Positions 55,506 through 64,000 of a stretch of DNA of 64,000 nucleotides are shown in pieces. Numbering within the stretch: position 1 is the stretch's first letter; each line of letters opens with the position of its first letter. Origin of the DNA: an uncultured Alphaproteobacteria bacterium (GTDB lineage: Bacteria; Pseudomonadota; Alphaproteobacteria; Sphingomonadales; Sphingomonadaceae); the NCBI GenBank assembly GCA_963846485.1, contig CAWJWB010000007.1, positions 59,644 through 123,643 of the forward strand, read 5' to 3'. Made by a program: the position numbers and the translations under genes. The notes below the pieces were generated by a model. It was not told where the DNA came from, ran no database searches, and saw nothing but the letters and a program-made list of their open reading frames with translations.

Positions 55506-56389
55506 GGATCGGCTTTATCGGCCTCGGGCACATGGGCTCGGGCATGGCCGCGAACCTGGCCAAGGCCGGGCACGCGGTCGCCGCCTTCGACCTCAGCGCT
55601 GCCGCGCTCGACCGCGCCGCAGCCGACGGCTGCACCCGCGCCGGCAGCGCGGCGGAAGCGGTGGCCGAAGCGGAGGCGGTGGTGACGATGCTTCCGGCCG
55701 GCCGCCACGTCGCGCAGGTTTATGGTGAGCACGTCTTTGCCGCTGCCGGCGCAAACGCCATCCTGATCGACTGCTCGACGATCGACGTTGCGACGGCAAA
55801 GGCGGTCGCCGCCGACGCCGCCGCAAAGCACCTCGCGATGGTCGACGCGCCGGTCTCCGGCGGCACGGCAGCGGCGCAGGGTGGCACGCTGACGTTCATG
55901 GTTGGCGGCAGCACGGAGGATTTTGCCCGGGCGCAGCCGGTGCTGGCCGCCATGGGCAAAGCGGTGATCCACGCCGGCGCGGCGGGCATGGGGCAGGCGG
56001 CGAAGATCTGCAACAACATGATCCTCGGCGCGACGATGGTTGCAACCGCCGAGGCGTTCGTGCTCGCGGCCAAGCTCGGACTCGACGCTCAGACCTTCTT
56101 CGACATCAGCTCGAAGGCCAGCGGGCAGTCGTGGTCGATGACGAGCTACTGCCCCGTGCCCGGTCCGGTGCCGAGCGCACCGTCGAACCGCGACTATGAT
56201 GGCGGCTTTGGCGCGAACCTGATGTTGAAGGACCTGAAGCTAGCCGTCGCCGCGGCCGCGGGAGCGGGAGCGTCGGTGCCGATGGGGGCGCAGGCGGAGA
56301 CGCTGTACGAATTGTTCGCCGGCGTCGGCGGCGGCGGCAAGGATTTCTCGGCAATCGTCAAGCTACTCGACGGCAGTTGGCGGGCGTGA
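55502..56389 (+). CDS. mmsB: 3-hydroxyisobutyrate dehydrogenase
   Basis: [26 protein letters not shown]. Confidence 0.93.
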   Translation: MRIGFIGLGHMGSGMAANLAKAGHAVAAFDLSAAALDRAAADGCTRAGSAAEAVAEAEAVVTMLPAGRHVAQVYGEHVFAAAGANAILIDCSTIDVATAKAVAADAAAKHLAMVDAPVSGGTAAAQGGTLTFMVGGSTEDFARAQPVLAAMGKAVIHAGAAGMGQAAKICNNMILGATMVATAEAFVLAAKLGLDAQTFFDISSKASGQSWSMTSYCPVPGPVPSAPSNRDYDGGFGANLMLKDLKLAVAAAAGAGASVPMGAQAETLYELFAGVGGGGKDFSAIVKLLDGSWRA

Positions 56390-57919
56390 GTGTCGACCCG
56401 CGGACACCAGTGCTCGTTGGGGTTGGGCAAGTCGTCGATCATTGGGATGGAAGCGACCCCGCCGCCGCGCCAAGCCCGCTGTCGCTGGCGACAGCGGCGA
56501 CCCGCGCGGCGCTAGCCGACAGCGGGGCGGACGAGGGGCTCGCTAACGCGATCGACCGCGTCGTCGCGGTGCGGACAATGCTCGAACTCGATGCCAGGCG
56601 CGCCGCAGCCGTTCGGGCGCTGCACCAATCTGCCGTTGAGCATCGCTCGTGCGGCGGGCATCGAGCCAGAGGCATTGATCTACTCGGTCGTCGGCGGCGA
56701 CCAGCCGCAAGCGCTGGTCAGCGAGGCGGCAGAGGTGGTGTTCGCCGGGGAGGCCCGTGCGGTGCTGATCGCCGGGGCCGAGGCGACAGCCGCGATGAAG
56801 ACGGCGCTGAAGGGTGGGAACCTTCTCGACTGGTCGGCATCGACGGATGGGCCGCTCGACGACCGCGGCCTCGGTGCGCCGCTGCTCACGCAATACGAGC
56901 TCACAAACGGTCTAGGCATGCCGACAACGACCTATCCGGCGTTCGAGCACGCGCTGCGCTCCCGGCTTGGTCTCGATCGGGCGGCGTACACGGCTCTGAT
57001 GTCGGAGCTGTGGGCCGGGTTCTCCGAGGTCGCCGCGGCCAATCCTTTCGCTCAGTTTCCACAGGCGCGGTCCACTGCCTTTCTCGCTGCGCCCAGCGCC
57101 GAGAACTATCCGGTCAGCGACCCTCATCTGAAGTGGCATGTCGCGCAGGATGCGGTGAACCATGGGGCGGCGGCGGTCGTGACCACGGTGGCCACGGCGT
57201 GCGAGCTCGGTATCGACCCGAGCCGATGGGTGTTCCTGCACGGTTACGCGGGGGCGAAGGACGCGACGCCGACAATGCGTCCCGACCTGTCGCGATCGCG
57301 GGCGATCGAGGCGGTGCTGGCGGCGGCGCTGGCGCACGCGGGCAAGATGACGGACGAGATCGCGCACTTCGATCTCTACAGCTGTTTTCCCTGCGCCGTG
57401 CTGCTGGCCGCCGAGGCACTCGGGCTCGACTGGCGGCGAACGCGGGCGACCGTTACCGGCGGCCTGCCGTTCTTTGGCGGTGCGGGGAACAACTACTCGC
57501 TCCACGCCATCGCGACGATGGTCGAGCGGCTCCGCGCGGCGCCGGGGAGCTTTGGCCTGGTGCTCGCGAACGGCGGCTTCCTGTCGAAAGAAGCAGCCGG
57601 CGTTTATTCAACTGCAGCGCGCGAGGACTGGCAACCTCAGTCGAGCGTGGCGCTGCAGGCATCGATCGATGCCGGGGCCGGCCCAGCGCTCGTCGCAGCC
57701 GACTGCATGGGCGTGGTCGAGACCTATACCGTGACTTATGCCAAGGGGCAGGCGCAGCGCGGCTACATCGTCGCGGCGGCGCGGCAGGGACGGGTGCTCG
57801 CCCGTGCCCGCAGCGGCGACATGGCCATCCTCGCGGAGATGGCAGCGCGCGATCCCATCGGGCGCGGGGTGGAGGTCGTGCACGAGAACGGCGTCAACTT
57901 CATCGCCTGTTTCGACTGA
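56386..57919 (+). CDS. Thiolase-like (acetyl-CoA acetyltransferase family) protein (frameshift ~56587)
   Basis: TPVLVGVGQ, GAEA, DLYSCFP, TGGLPFFGGAGNNY, ETYTV. Removing one A from CTCGAACTCG joins the frames. Confidence 0.85.
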
Positions 57920-57923
57920 ACCG

Positions 57924-58337
57924 CTACCCGGGCATCGTAGCGAAAAGTGTCAGCCCAGGCGGGAGAATGACCCATCCCGGCTTGGCGCGCGTGAAGATGG
58001 CGACCGTCGGCACGAAGGCGGCAGGGTCGTCGAGGGTGCCGGCATAGACGGTGTGGCTAGTGTCGGTTCCAACGATGCCGCCGAAGACGAGACTGCCGCA
58101 GGTCGGACAGAAGTTGCGCACTGCTTCCGACCCGCGCGCGCTAGGGCTGGCGAACTGCCGCGCCTCGCCGGTGATCGTCAGGGCAGTAGCGGCGAAACCC
58201 ATGAACGGGATGAAGCCCGACCCCGACGCGCGGCGGCAGTCGGTGCAGCAGCAGTAGCCGGCGAGGGTAGGCGCGGCGGTAGCGGTGTAGCGGAGGGTGC
58301 CGCACAGACAGCCGCCGGTGAGGGGGAATGAGCCCAT
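57924..58337 (-). CDS. GFA (glutathione-dependent formaldehyde-activating) family protein
   Basis: GGCLCG, CCCTDCRR, FCPTCGS. Confidence 0.9.
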   Translation of the reverse strand: MGSFPLTGGCLCGTLRYTATAAPTLAGYCCCTDCRRASGSGFIPFMGFAATALTITGEARQFASPSARGSEAVRNFCPTCGSLVFGGIVGTDTSHTVYAGTLDDPAAFVPTVAIFTRAKPGWVILPPGLTLFATMPG

Positions 58338-58492
58338 GCCGATCGTGATGCCACGCGCGGGCGTCAGTCGCCATTCCGAAAACGTTGGTAGCGCTATTGG
58401 CTGCGAAGCACGTCGTGCCGCCGGTTAGCCGTCGTGCGGGTTAGAGCGGTAAGGACGCCTGATCCGCCGGCCGTCTCGCCGCGGGTCAGCGC

Positions 58493-58527
58493 GAACGCGG
58501 AAAACGCCAAGGGCGACTTCCGCGTTC
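58493..58527 (-). terminator. Hairpin after rpsI
   Basis: GAACGCGGAAGTCGCC-CTT-GGCGTTTTCCGCGTTC on the minus strand. Confidence 0.55.
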
Positions 58528-58538
58528 GTTTCGCCGCG

Positions 58539-59051
58539 TCAGCGCTTCGAGAACTGGAAGCTCTTGCGCGCCTTCGCCTTGCCGTACTTCTTGCGCTCGA
58601 CGACGCGCGGATCCCGGGTCAGGAAACCGGCGTGCTTGACGACCGGGCGGAGTGCCGGCTCGAAGCGGGTCAGGGCCTGACTGATCCCGTGCTTGACCGC
58701 GCCCGCCTGGCCCGACAGGCCGCCGCCCTTGACGGTGGCGATGACGTCGTACTGGTCGCGCCGCTCGGCGACGTCGAACGGCTGGTTGATGACGAGGCGC
58801 AGCGTCGGCCGGGCGAAATACTCGGTCTGGTCGCGGCCGTTGACGACGATCTTGCCCGAACCCGGCTTGATCCAGACGCGGGCGATGGCGTTCTTGCGCT
58901 TGCCGGTGGCATAGGCGCGGCCCTGCGCGTCGATCTGCTGCTCGCGCAACGGTGCAGCCGAAACGCCGTCGTTGTGAAGCGCGTTGGCCTGCGCGGCGTC
59001 GCCCTGGAGCGCGCCGAGGTCGGCGAGCGACTGGCGGTTGTCGTCGATCAT
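58539..59051 (-). CDS. rpsI: 30S ribosomal protein S9
   Basis: [33 protein letters not shown]. Confidence 0.97.
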   Translation of the reverse strand: MIDDNRQSLADLGALQGDAAQANALHNDGVSAAPLREQQIDAQGRAYATGKRKNAIARVWIKPGSGKIVVNGRDQTEYFARPTLRLVINQPFDVAERRDQYDVIATVKGGGLSGQAGAVKHGISQALTRFEPALRPVVKHAGFLTRDPRVVERKKYGKAKARKSFQFSKR

Positions 59052-59558
59052 GCTGCTTCACCCGTCGCGTTGGTGGTCGAGCCGGTGCGCCCGATGGTGT
59101 TCTTCGAGATTCATGCCCGCGACGTCGAGTACCTCGGGCGACTGCGCCGCGTGCGGGTGATCGGGGCCCTTGAATATCCGCAGATTGCGCATCTGCTGCC
59201 GGCCGAGCGGGCCGCGCGGAACCATGCGCTCAACCGCCTTCTCGAGCACGCGCTCGGGGAAACGACCGTCCAGCACCTTGGCCGCGGTCACTTCCTTGAT
59301 GCCGCCGATGTAGCCGGTGTGGCGGTAATACACCTTCTGCTTGGCCTTGTTGCCGGTGAAGCGGACCTTCTCGGCGTTGATGACGATGATGTTGTCGCCG
59401 CAGTCGACATGCGGCGTGAAGCTCGCCTTGTGCTTGCCGCGCAGGCGGTTGGCGATCAGCGAGGCGAGGCGCCCCACGACGAGGCCGTCGGCGTCGATCA
59501 GCAGCCACTTCTTCTCGACGTCGGCGGGCTTGACCGACTCTGTCATGCGCGAAAGCAT
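59048..59558 (-). CDS. rplM: 50S ribosomal protein L13 (frameshift ~59109 near the C-terminus)
   Basis: [26 protein letters not shown]. Removing one base restores MNSKN...* with an ATGA overlap on rpsI. Confidence 0.95.
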
Positions 59559-59645
59559 TTTAGGGTGTCCGAATGCGATTGAGCGGCGGCTAATCGCGTA
59601 TCTCAGCTCACAATGCAAGCAAAATGGCGGCTTTCGCGAGTGGTA

Positions 59646-60671
59646 TCAGGCTACCGCTGGACGGCGAAGGCTCCACTGCGCGGTCCAGATCGTCGCGGCC
59701 AGCAGCGCCGCAGCACAGGCCTGGTGCGCGGCCGCCATCGCGATCGGTACGCCATGGACGATCGTCAGCACGCCGAGCGTAAACTGGAGCACGACAAGGC
59801 TCGCGAGCGCGCCGCTCCGCCTGCCGGCGCCGGCGCGGAAGGTGACCAGGGCGACCGCGAGTGCGGCGGCGGCCACTGCATAGGCCAGGGTCCGGTGGAC
59901 GAACTGGACGCTTAACGGATCGGCGACGATGCTGGCGAGCGGCGGCACCAAGCGCCCCAACATCAGCGGCCAGGTGTCGGCGGCGTGGCCCGCGCGCAAG
60001 CCGGCGGTCAGCGCTCCCCACGCAATCTGTACCGCAAGAAGGCCAAAGAACGGCACAACCCAGCGGCGGGGCCGCGGTATCGTCACCGGAGCGGCCGGAA
60101 GCAGGTCCAGCGCGGTCCACAGGCTCACCGCGAGGATGGTCAGTGCGACCGACAGATGAAACGCCAGCCGTTCAGGCGCGACCGAGGGGCGGTCGACGAG
60201 ACCGCTCGCCACCATCCACCAGCCGACAATCGGCTCCAGCGCGCCGAGACCGAACAGAAGAATCAGTCGCTTGCCGAAGCCCACGGGAACCTGCCGCCGC
60301 AGCGCGAACCAAGCCATCGGCACGACGAGAGCGACGACGAATACGCGCGCAAGAACGCGGTGCAGGTACTCCCAGAAGAAGATGGCTTTGAACGCCGCGA
60401 TCCCCATGTCGGCGTTGACCAGCACCCCCTGCGGGCTGGTGCGATAGGCGGCGTATTCGCGTGCCCAGTCGGCCGCCGTCAGCGGCGGGACGATGCCGCC
60501 GACGGGATCCCAGCGGACGATCGACAGGCCGGACTCGGTCAGCCGGGTGATGCCGCCGACGACGACCATGACGAAGACGATGGCGGCGACGGTCAGCAGC
60601 CATGCGGCGACCCGCCGCGGTTCGGCGCGGACGGCGCTACGGACAGGAAGAGTGAGGGCGGCGGTGGCCAT
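59646..60671 (-). CDS. ctaA: Heme A synthase (COX15/CtaA)
   Basis: GGITRLTESGLSI, FWEYLHR, GWWMVASG, LAFH, QFVHR, HQ. Confidence 0.93.
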   Translation of the reverse strand: MATAALTLPVRSAVRAEPRRVAAWLLTVAAIVFVMVVVGGITRLTESGLSIVRWDPVGGIVPPLTAADWAREYAAYRTSPQGVLVNADMGIAAFKAIFFWEYLHRVLARVFVVALVVPMAWFALRRQVPVGFGKRLILLFGLGALEPIVGWWMVASGLVDRPSVAPERLAFHLSVALTILAVSLWTALDLLPAAPVTIPRPRRWVVPFFGLLAVQIAWGALTAGLRAGHAADTWPLMLGRLVPPLASIVADPLSVQFVHRTLAYAVAAAALAVALVTFRAGAGRRSGALASLVVLQFTLGVLTIVHGVPIAMAAAHQACAAALLAATIWTAQWSLRRPAVA

Positions 60672-60853
60672 GCCGTGCCCTATGCCCCGGTCGTCGCGGA
60701 GCGCCAAGATGGCAGCGCGTCGCGCCTGGCGCTGTGTTGCGGGCGTGCATCGCTTGTGCCGCGAAGCGACAGCCGTAGCTGCCGAGCGGTTCGACATCGC
60801 CGCCGCTTCGCGCTAACCGGAGGGTTACGACTGACCACCACAGGTGCTTGCCC

Positions 60854-62782
60854 GTGAGCCAACGCCCCCTGACGCCTCTGCTCGACGGCGTCGACACGCC
60901 CGCCGACCTCCGCCGGCTTGACGCCGGCGATCTCCGGCAGGTTGCCGACGAGCTGCGCCACGAACTGATCGACGCGGTCAGCGTAACAGGCGGGCATCTC
61001 GGCGCCGGGTTGGGCGTGGTCGAACTGACGGTGGCACTGCACTATGTGTTCAACACGCCCGAGGACACGCTGATCTGGGACGTCGGCCATCAGGCCTACC
61101 CGCACAAGATCCTTACCGGTCGCCGTAGCCGCATCCGTACTTTGCGCGCGCCCGGCGGCCTGTCGGGCTTCACCAAGCGCAGCGAGAGTGCCTTCGACCC
61201 GTTCGGCGCGGCGCATTCATCGACCTCGATTTCGGCCGCGATCGGCTTCGCGGTGGCGAACAAGCTCGCCGATCGGCCGGGCAAGGCCATTGCCGTGATC
61301 GGCGACGGGGCGATGTCGGCCGGCATGGCCTACGAGGCGATGAACAACGCCGAGGCCGCCGGCAACCGGCTCGTCGTTGTCCTGAACGACAACGACATGT
61401 CGATCGCGCCGCCGGTCGGAGCCCTGTCGGCGTATCTCGCCCGAATCTACTCGTCGCGCCCGTTCCTCGAATTACGCGATCTCGCCAAGCTGCTCGCCAA
61501 GCGGACGATGGGGCCGAACCTGCAGCGGACCGCCAAGCGGGCGGAAGAGTATGTCCGCACCCTCGCCAGCGGCGGCTCGTTCTTCGAGGAGCTCGGCTTC
61601 TACTACGTCGGGCCGATCGACGGGCATAATCTCGACCACCTCATTCCGGTGCTGGAGAATGTCCGCGACGCCGCCGAGGGGCCGATCCTGGTCCACGTCG
61701 TGACGCAGAAGGGCAAAGGCTACGCCCCTGCCGAAGCGGCCGCCGACAAGTATCACGGCGTCCAGAAGTTCGACGTCATCACCGGCGCGCAGGTCAAGTC
61801 GAAGGCCGGCGCCCCGCAGTACCAGAACGTTTTCGCCGCCCAGTTGATCAAGGAGGCCGAAGCCGACGACAAGATCGTCGCGATTACCGCCGCCATGCCG
61901 TCGGGCACCGGGCTCGACAAGTTCGCGGCAAAGTTCCCCGAGCGCACCTTCGACGTCGGCATCGCCGAGCAGCACGCCGTCACCTTCGCCGCCGGGATGG
62001 CGGCGCAGGGGATGCGGCCGTTCGCCGCGATCTACTCGACCTTCCTGCAGCGCGCCTACGACCAGGTCGTCCACGACGTCGCCATCCAGAACCTGCCCGT
62101 CCGCTTCGCCATCGACCGCGCGGGGCTCGTCGGGGCCGATGGCGCCACGCACGCCGGGTCATTCGACGTGACCTATCTGGCGACCCTGCCCAACTTCGTC
62201 GTCATGGCCGCCGCCGACGAGGCCGAGCTGACGCACATGGTCCACACCATGGTGAAGCACGACTCCGGCCCGATCGCCGTCCGCTATCCGCGCGGCGAGG
62301 GCACAGGCGTCGCTATTCCCGAGCAGCCGCAGGTGCTGGAGATCGGCAAGGGGCGGATCGTGCGCGAGGGCAAGACCGTCGCCATCCTGTCGCTCGGCTG
62401 CCGCCTGGGCGAGGCCCTCGCCGCTGCCGACGACCTTGACGGCCGCGGCCTGTCGACGACGGTGGCCGACATGCGCTTCGCCAAGCCCTTGGACGAGGCG
62501 CTGATCCGCAAGCTCGCGCTCAGCCACGACGTGCTGGTGACGATCGAGGAGGGCGCGGTCGGCGGTTTCGGCGCGCACGTGCTGACCTATTGCAGCGACA
62601 CCGGTCTGACCGACGGCGACCTCAAGATCCGCACCATGCGCCTGCCCGACCTGTTCCAGGACCAGGATGCGCCGACGGCCCAGTACGCCACCGCCGGTCT
62701 CGACGCGGCGCACATCGTCGAGACCGTGCTGTCGGCGCTGCGGCACAACAGCGTCGGCGTCGTGGAGGGCGTGCGGGCCTGA
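60854..62782 (+). CDS. dxs: 1-deoxy-D-xylulose-5-phosphate synthase
   Basis: [36 protein letters not shown]. Confidence 0.97.
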   Translation: MSQRPLTPLLDGVDTPADLRRLDAGDLRQVADELRHELIDAVSVTGGHLGAGLGVVELTVALHYVFNTPEDTLIWDVGHQAYPHKILTGRRSRIRTLRAPGGLSGFTKRSESAFDPFGAAHSSTSISAAIGFAVANKLADRPGKAIAVIGDGAMSAGMAYEAMNNAEAAGNRLVVVLNDNDMSIAPPVGALSAYLARIYSSRPFLELRDLAKLLAKRTMGPNLQRTAKRAEEYVRTLASGGSFFEELGFYYVGPIDGHNLDHLIPVLENVRDAAEGPILVHVVTQKGKGYAPAEAAADKYHGVQKFDVITGAQVKSKAGAPQYQNVFAAQLIKEAEADDKIVAITAAMPSGTGLDKFAAKFPERTFDVGIAEQHAVTFAAGMAAQGMRPFAAIYSTFLQRAYDQVVHDVAIQNLPVRFAIDRAGLVGADGATHAGSFDVTYLATLPNFVVMAAADEAELTHMVHTMVKHDSGPIAVRYPRGEGTGVAIPEQPQVLEIGKGRIVREGKTVAILSLGCRLGEALAAADDLDGRGLSTTVADMRFAKPLDEALIRKLALSHDVLVTIEEGAVGGFGAHVLTYCSDTGLTDGDLKIRTMRLPDLFQDQDAPTAQYATAGLDAAHIVETVLSALRHNSVGVVEGVRA

Positions 62783-62842
62783 CCTGCCGCGCCGCGAACA
62801 CCCCGGCTGGCGGTAGCCGCGCCGACGGGCTAAACCGGATCC

Positions 62843-63163
62843 ATGCTCCCCGAGACTCCCGCCGAACGTGCGCGCCGCAAGTTCGTCTTCGGTGTGCTCG
62901 AGCAGGTCTCGAACATCCTGGGCGCAATGGCGGCGAGCGTCCTCGTCGTCGGCCTGATTCTGCCGGCCATCGCTGCCGTGGCGGGCACGAACAAGGTCGC
63001 TGCGGGCGACCTCATCCAGATCGCGAAGCTCGTGGTCGCTTTCGCCGCCATCGCCGCGGTGACGGCGGCGATCGTCCGCGGCCTCGCCCGCGGCATTGAC
63101 GATGACGCCGGGCCGCTGCTGCGCCGGACGCAACGCGACGACCTGCTCAGCGGTGAGCAGTAG
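62843..63163 (+). CDS. Hypothetical 2-TM membrane protein
   Basis: Two hydrophobic helices, typical codon usage. Confidence 0.6.
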   Translation: MLPETPAERARRKFVFGVLEQVSNILGAMAASVLVVGLILPAIAAVAGTNKVAAGDLIQIAKLVVAFAAIAAVTAAIVRGLARGIDDDAGPLLRRTQRDDLLSGEQ

Positions 63164-63168
63164 TGGGC

Positions 63169-63273
63169 ATGATGGCGGCAACCCATGCCGCCTTCGGCAT
63201 CGGCACCGCATTCATCGTCGGCCTCCTGCTGGTCGCGGTGGCGCTGTATCTCTGGGCGCGGCCGCGGCGGTGA
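63169..63273 (+). CDS. Putative 34-aa single-TM microprotein
   Basis: MMAATHAAFGIGTAFIVGLLLVAVALYLWARPRR*; not in the ORF track. Confidence 0.5.
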   Translation: MMAATHAAFGIGTAFIVGLLLVAVALYLWARPRR

Positions 63274-63295
63274 CCGGGCGGCGGCGCGTCGGCGC

Positions 63296-64000
63296 GTGAA
63301 AGGCGAGCGCGCCGATGCGGCGCTCGTCGCGCGGGGGCTCGTGGAATCCCGAACGCGGGCGCAGGCGCTGATCCTCGCCGGGCTGGTGTTCGCCGGCGAC
63401 CGGCGGGTGGAGAAGGCCGGCCAGGCGGTCGCACCAGACCTGACGCTTACGGTGAAAGGGCGCGATCACCCCTGGGTTTCGCGCGGCGGTGTCAAGCTGG
63501 CGCACGGGCTCGACCACTTCGGCTGGGATGTTGCCGGGATGACTGCGCTCGATGTCGGTGCCTCAACCGGCGGCTTTACCGACGTGCTGCTGACGCGCGG
63601 CGCGGCGCACGTCTATGCCGTCGACAGCGGCACCAATCAGCTCGCGTGGAAGCTACGCGACGATCCGCGGGTGACCGTGCTTGAGCAGACCAGTGCGCGT
63701 ATCCTGACGCCGGCGCACATCCCGGTCGCTGTCGACATGATCGTCTGCGATGCGAGCTTCATCAGCCTGGCCAAGGTGCTCGACCGTCCGTTGACCTTCG
63801 CCGCTCCCGACGCGCGGTTGCTGGCGCTGATCAAACCCCAGTTTGAGGCGGGGCGTCATGAAATCGGCAAGGGCGGCGTTGTTCGCGACCCCGGCATCCA
63901 CGCTCGGGTCTGCGCCGAAGTCGCCGGCTGGCTGGCGGCACAGGGCTGGCGCGTCGAGGGCGTCGAGCCCAGCCCGATCACCGGTCCCGAAGGGAACGTC
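63296..64000 (+). CDS. tlyA: TlyA family rRNA methyltransferase (runs off window end)
   Basis: S4 domain ERADAALVARGL..SR, WVSRGGVKL, LDVGASTGGFTD, DASFISL, LIKPQFE, SPITGPEGN. Confidence 0.93.
   Translation, partial: MKGERADAALVARGLVESRTRAQALILAGLVFAGDRRVEKAGQAVAPDLTLTVKGRDHPWVSRGGVKLAHGLDHFGWDVAGMTALDVGASTGGFTDVLLTRGAAHVYAVDSGTNQLAWKLRDDPRVTVLEQTSARILTPAHIPVAVDMIVCDASFISLAKVLDRPLTFAAPDARLLALIKPQFEAGRHEIGKGGVVRDPGIHARVCAEVAGWLAAQGWRVEGVEPSPITGPEGNV

Noticed and set aside
49987-58400. Genomic island integrated at tRNA-Leu
   Set aside because: No integrase, and only a 7-bp match (CCATTCC, ~58371) to the tRNA 3' end, which is expected by chance.

Overview
High-GC alphaproteobacterial chromosome segment. 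Gene content (trcR/DUF1013, SapC, UrcA, PEPxxWA-CTERM proteins, TonB-dependent receptors) suggests Sphingomonadales; this is an inference. It is mostly housekeeping and metabolic DNA: xseB-ispA-coaD-ppi-queA, uvrD, ppx-rlmE, aguA/aguB, moaA, uppP, an mmsA-ech-mmsB cluster, rplM-rpsI, ctaA, dxs, tlyA and four tRNAs (Ala-CGC, Gln-CTG, Asn-GTT, Leu-CAG). I saw no integrase, transposase, prophage or CRISPR array. About nine single-base frameshifts occur, including one in essential rplM, which points to assembly errors; these create false fusions in the ORF track. Best candidate for an undescribed system: a translationally coupled three-gene heme operon (28455->23902, minus strand) encoding a membrane protein with a duplicated His-containing domain, a DyP peroxidase, and a P450 with a non-canonical I-helix and no redox partner nearby. 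Also notable: three dispersed secreted-protein genes share a TGT-N11-ACA enhancer, an IHF-like site and a sigma54 promoter (PEP-CTERM regulon). All product calls come from recognising motifs by eye; no database searches were run.
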